Below, piece after piece: positions 63,515-64,000 of a stretch of 64,000 nt of DNA. Numbering within the stretch: position 1 is the stretch's first letter; every line of letters begins with the position of its first letter. Where the stretch lies: contig JAGVXL010000001.1 of assembly GCA_018303805.1 (NCBI GenBank), positions 433,528 to 497,527 on the forward strand. The letters run 5' to 3'. The position numbers and the translations under genes are program-made. Source of the stretch: Candidatus Pacearchaeota archaeon (GTDB lineage Archaea; Nanobdellota; Nanobdellia; Pacearchaeales; DTIR01). The notes under the pieces are model-generated. The model ran no database searches. It was not told the origin of the DNA and saw nothing but the letters and a program-made list of their open reading frames with translations.

Positions 63515-64000
63515 TCAAAACTTGAATTTTTTTGCCAGTTTTTTAAGCTGCTTCTGGTTTATTCCCAGGCTACCTAAATCCCTGGCGCTCTGGATTTTCC
63601 CCAAATCCAGATTCTTGCCACTTGAAGCCATGCCCTTGATTAGCTTGTATTGGTTTATCAATTCATGGACATCGCCTGCAGAACTGCCAGAGCCATTGGC
63701 TATTCTGGAAATTCTTGAAGTCTGCTTTTCAAGCAGTTCAGGATTTTCTATTTCATCAAGAGTCATGCTGTCTATGGCATATTTCCATCTTTTCATCTTC
63801 TCCTGCTGATTTTCAATAAGGTTCTGGGGAATTTTTATGACCCCCATGCCGGGAATCAGCTCAGTTATTTTTCCCAAGGGCCCCATGGACTGTGCGGTTT
63901 TGATTTGTTCGTAGAAATCTATCAGGGTAAACCCGTCAATTTCCCTTTTATCTTTTTTTCCTTCACTTTCAGAAGCAGTCTTGACCTTTTCAAGCAATGC
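63515..64000 (-). CDS. srp54: Signal recognition particle protein SRP54, C-terminal M domain; gene runs off the right edge
   Basis: ...MGPLGKITELIPGMG...MKRWKYAIDSMT..E.... Confidence 0.85.
   Translation of the reverse strand, partial: ALLEKVKTASESEGKKDKREIDGFTLIDFYEQIKTAQSMGPLGKITELIPGMGVIKIPQNLIENQQEKMKRWKYAIDSMTLDEIENPELLEKQTSRISRIANGSGSSAGDVHELINQYKLIKGMASSGKNLDLGKIQSARDLGSLGINQKQLKKLAKKFKF

Overview
The window reads as a low-GC archaeal chromosome segment. It encodes PolD DP1 and DP2, Orc1/Cdc6, RadA, RPA, aIF2-alpha, S27e, S15, EF-1beta, Bud32 and SRP54. All three tRNA genes carry introns. Gene content and the many small membrane and pilin-like genes suggest a DPANN-type lineage, which is an inference. 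About 85 CDS are supported. Main blocks: (1) a canonical oriC at 10.86-11.37 kb beside an orc1/cdc6-DP1-HAD-DP2 operon. (2) An accessory island at about 19.0-24.4 kb. It holds two convergent coiled-coil/wHTH genes, an array of small orphan genes with repeated promoter-like boxes, a DUF2384 antitoxin-like gene without a RES partner, a DUF3883-like nuclease, a VapBC cassette flanked by perfect 42-bp direct repeats, and a Fic gene. It also carries a near-exact copy of the full oriC ORB inside a CDS. (3) A large type IV pilus-like locus at 35.9-48.5 kb with an ATPase, a platform protein and about 13 prepilin-like genes. A Cys-rich, apparently lower-GC insert interrupts it, and the prepilin peptidase lies unlinked at 54 kb. 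(4) Many DNA repair and replication genes: Lhr, MPE, helicase-only Hef, NreA, RPA, RadA, a frameshifted EndoQ, RecJ/GAN and XerA. Other unexplained signals are a hairpin family with compensatory changes upstream of nreA and rpa, and an orphan tRNA 3' half directly after tRNA-Arg. No rRNA, CRISPR array, transposase or reverse transcriptase was seen. All family calls rest on motif recognition by eye, and no searches were run.
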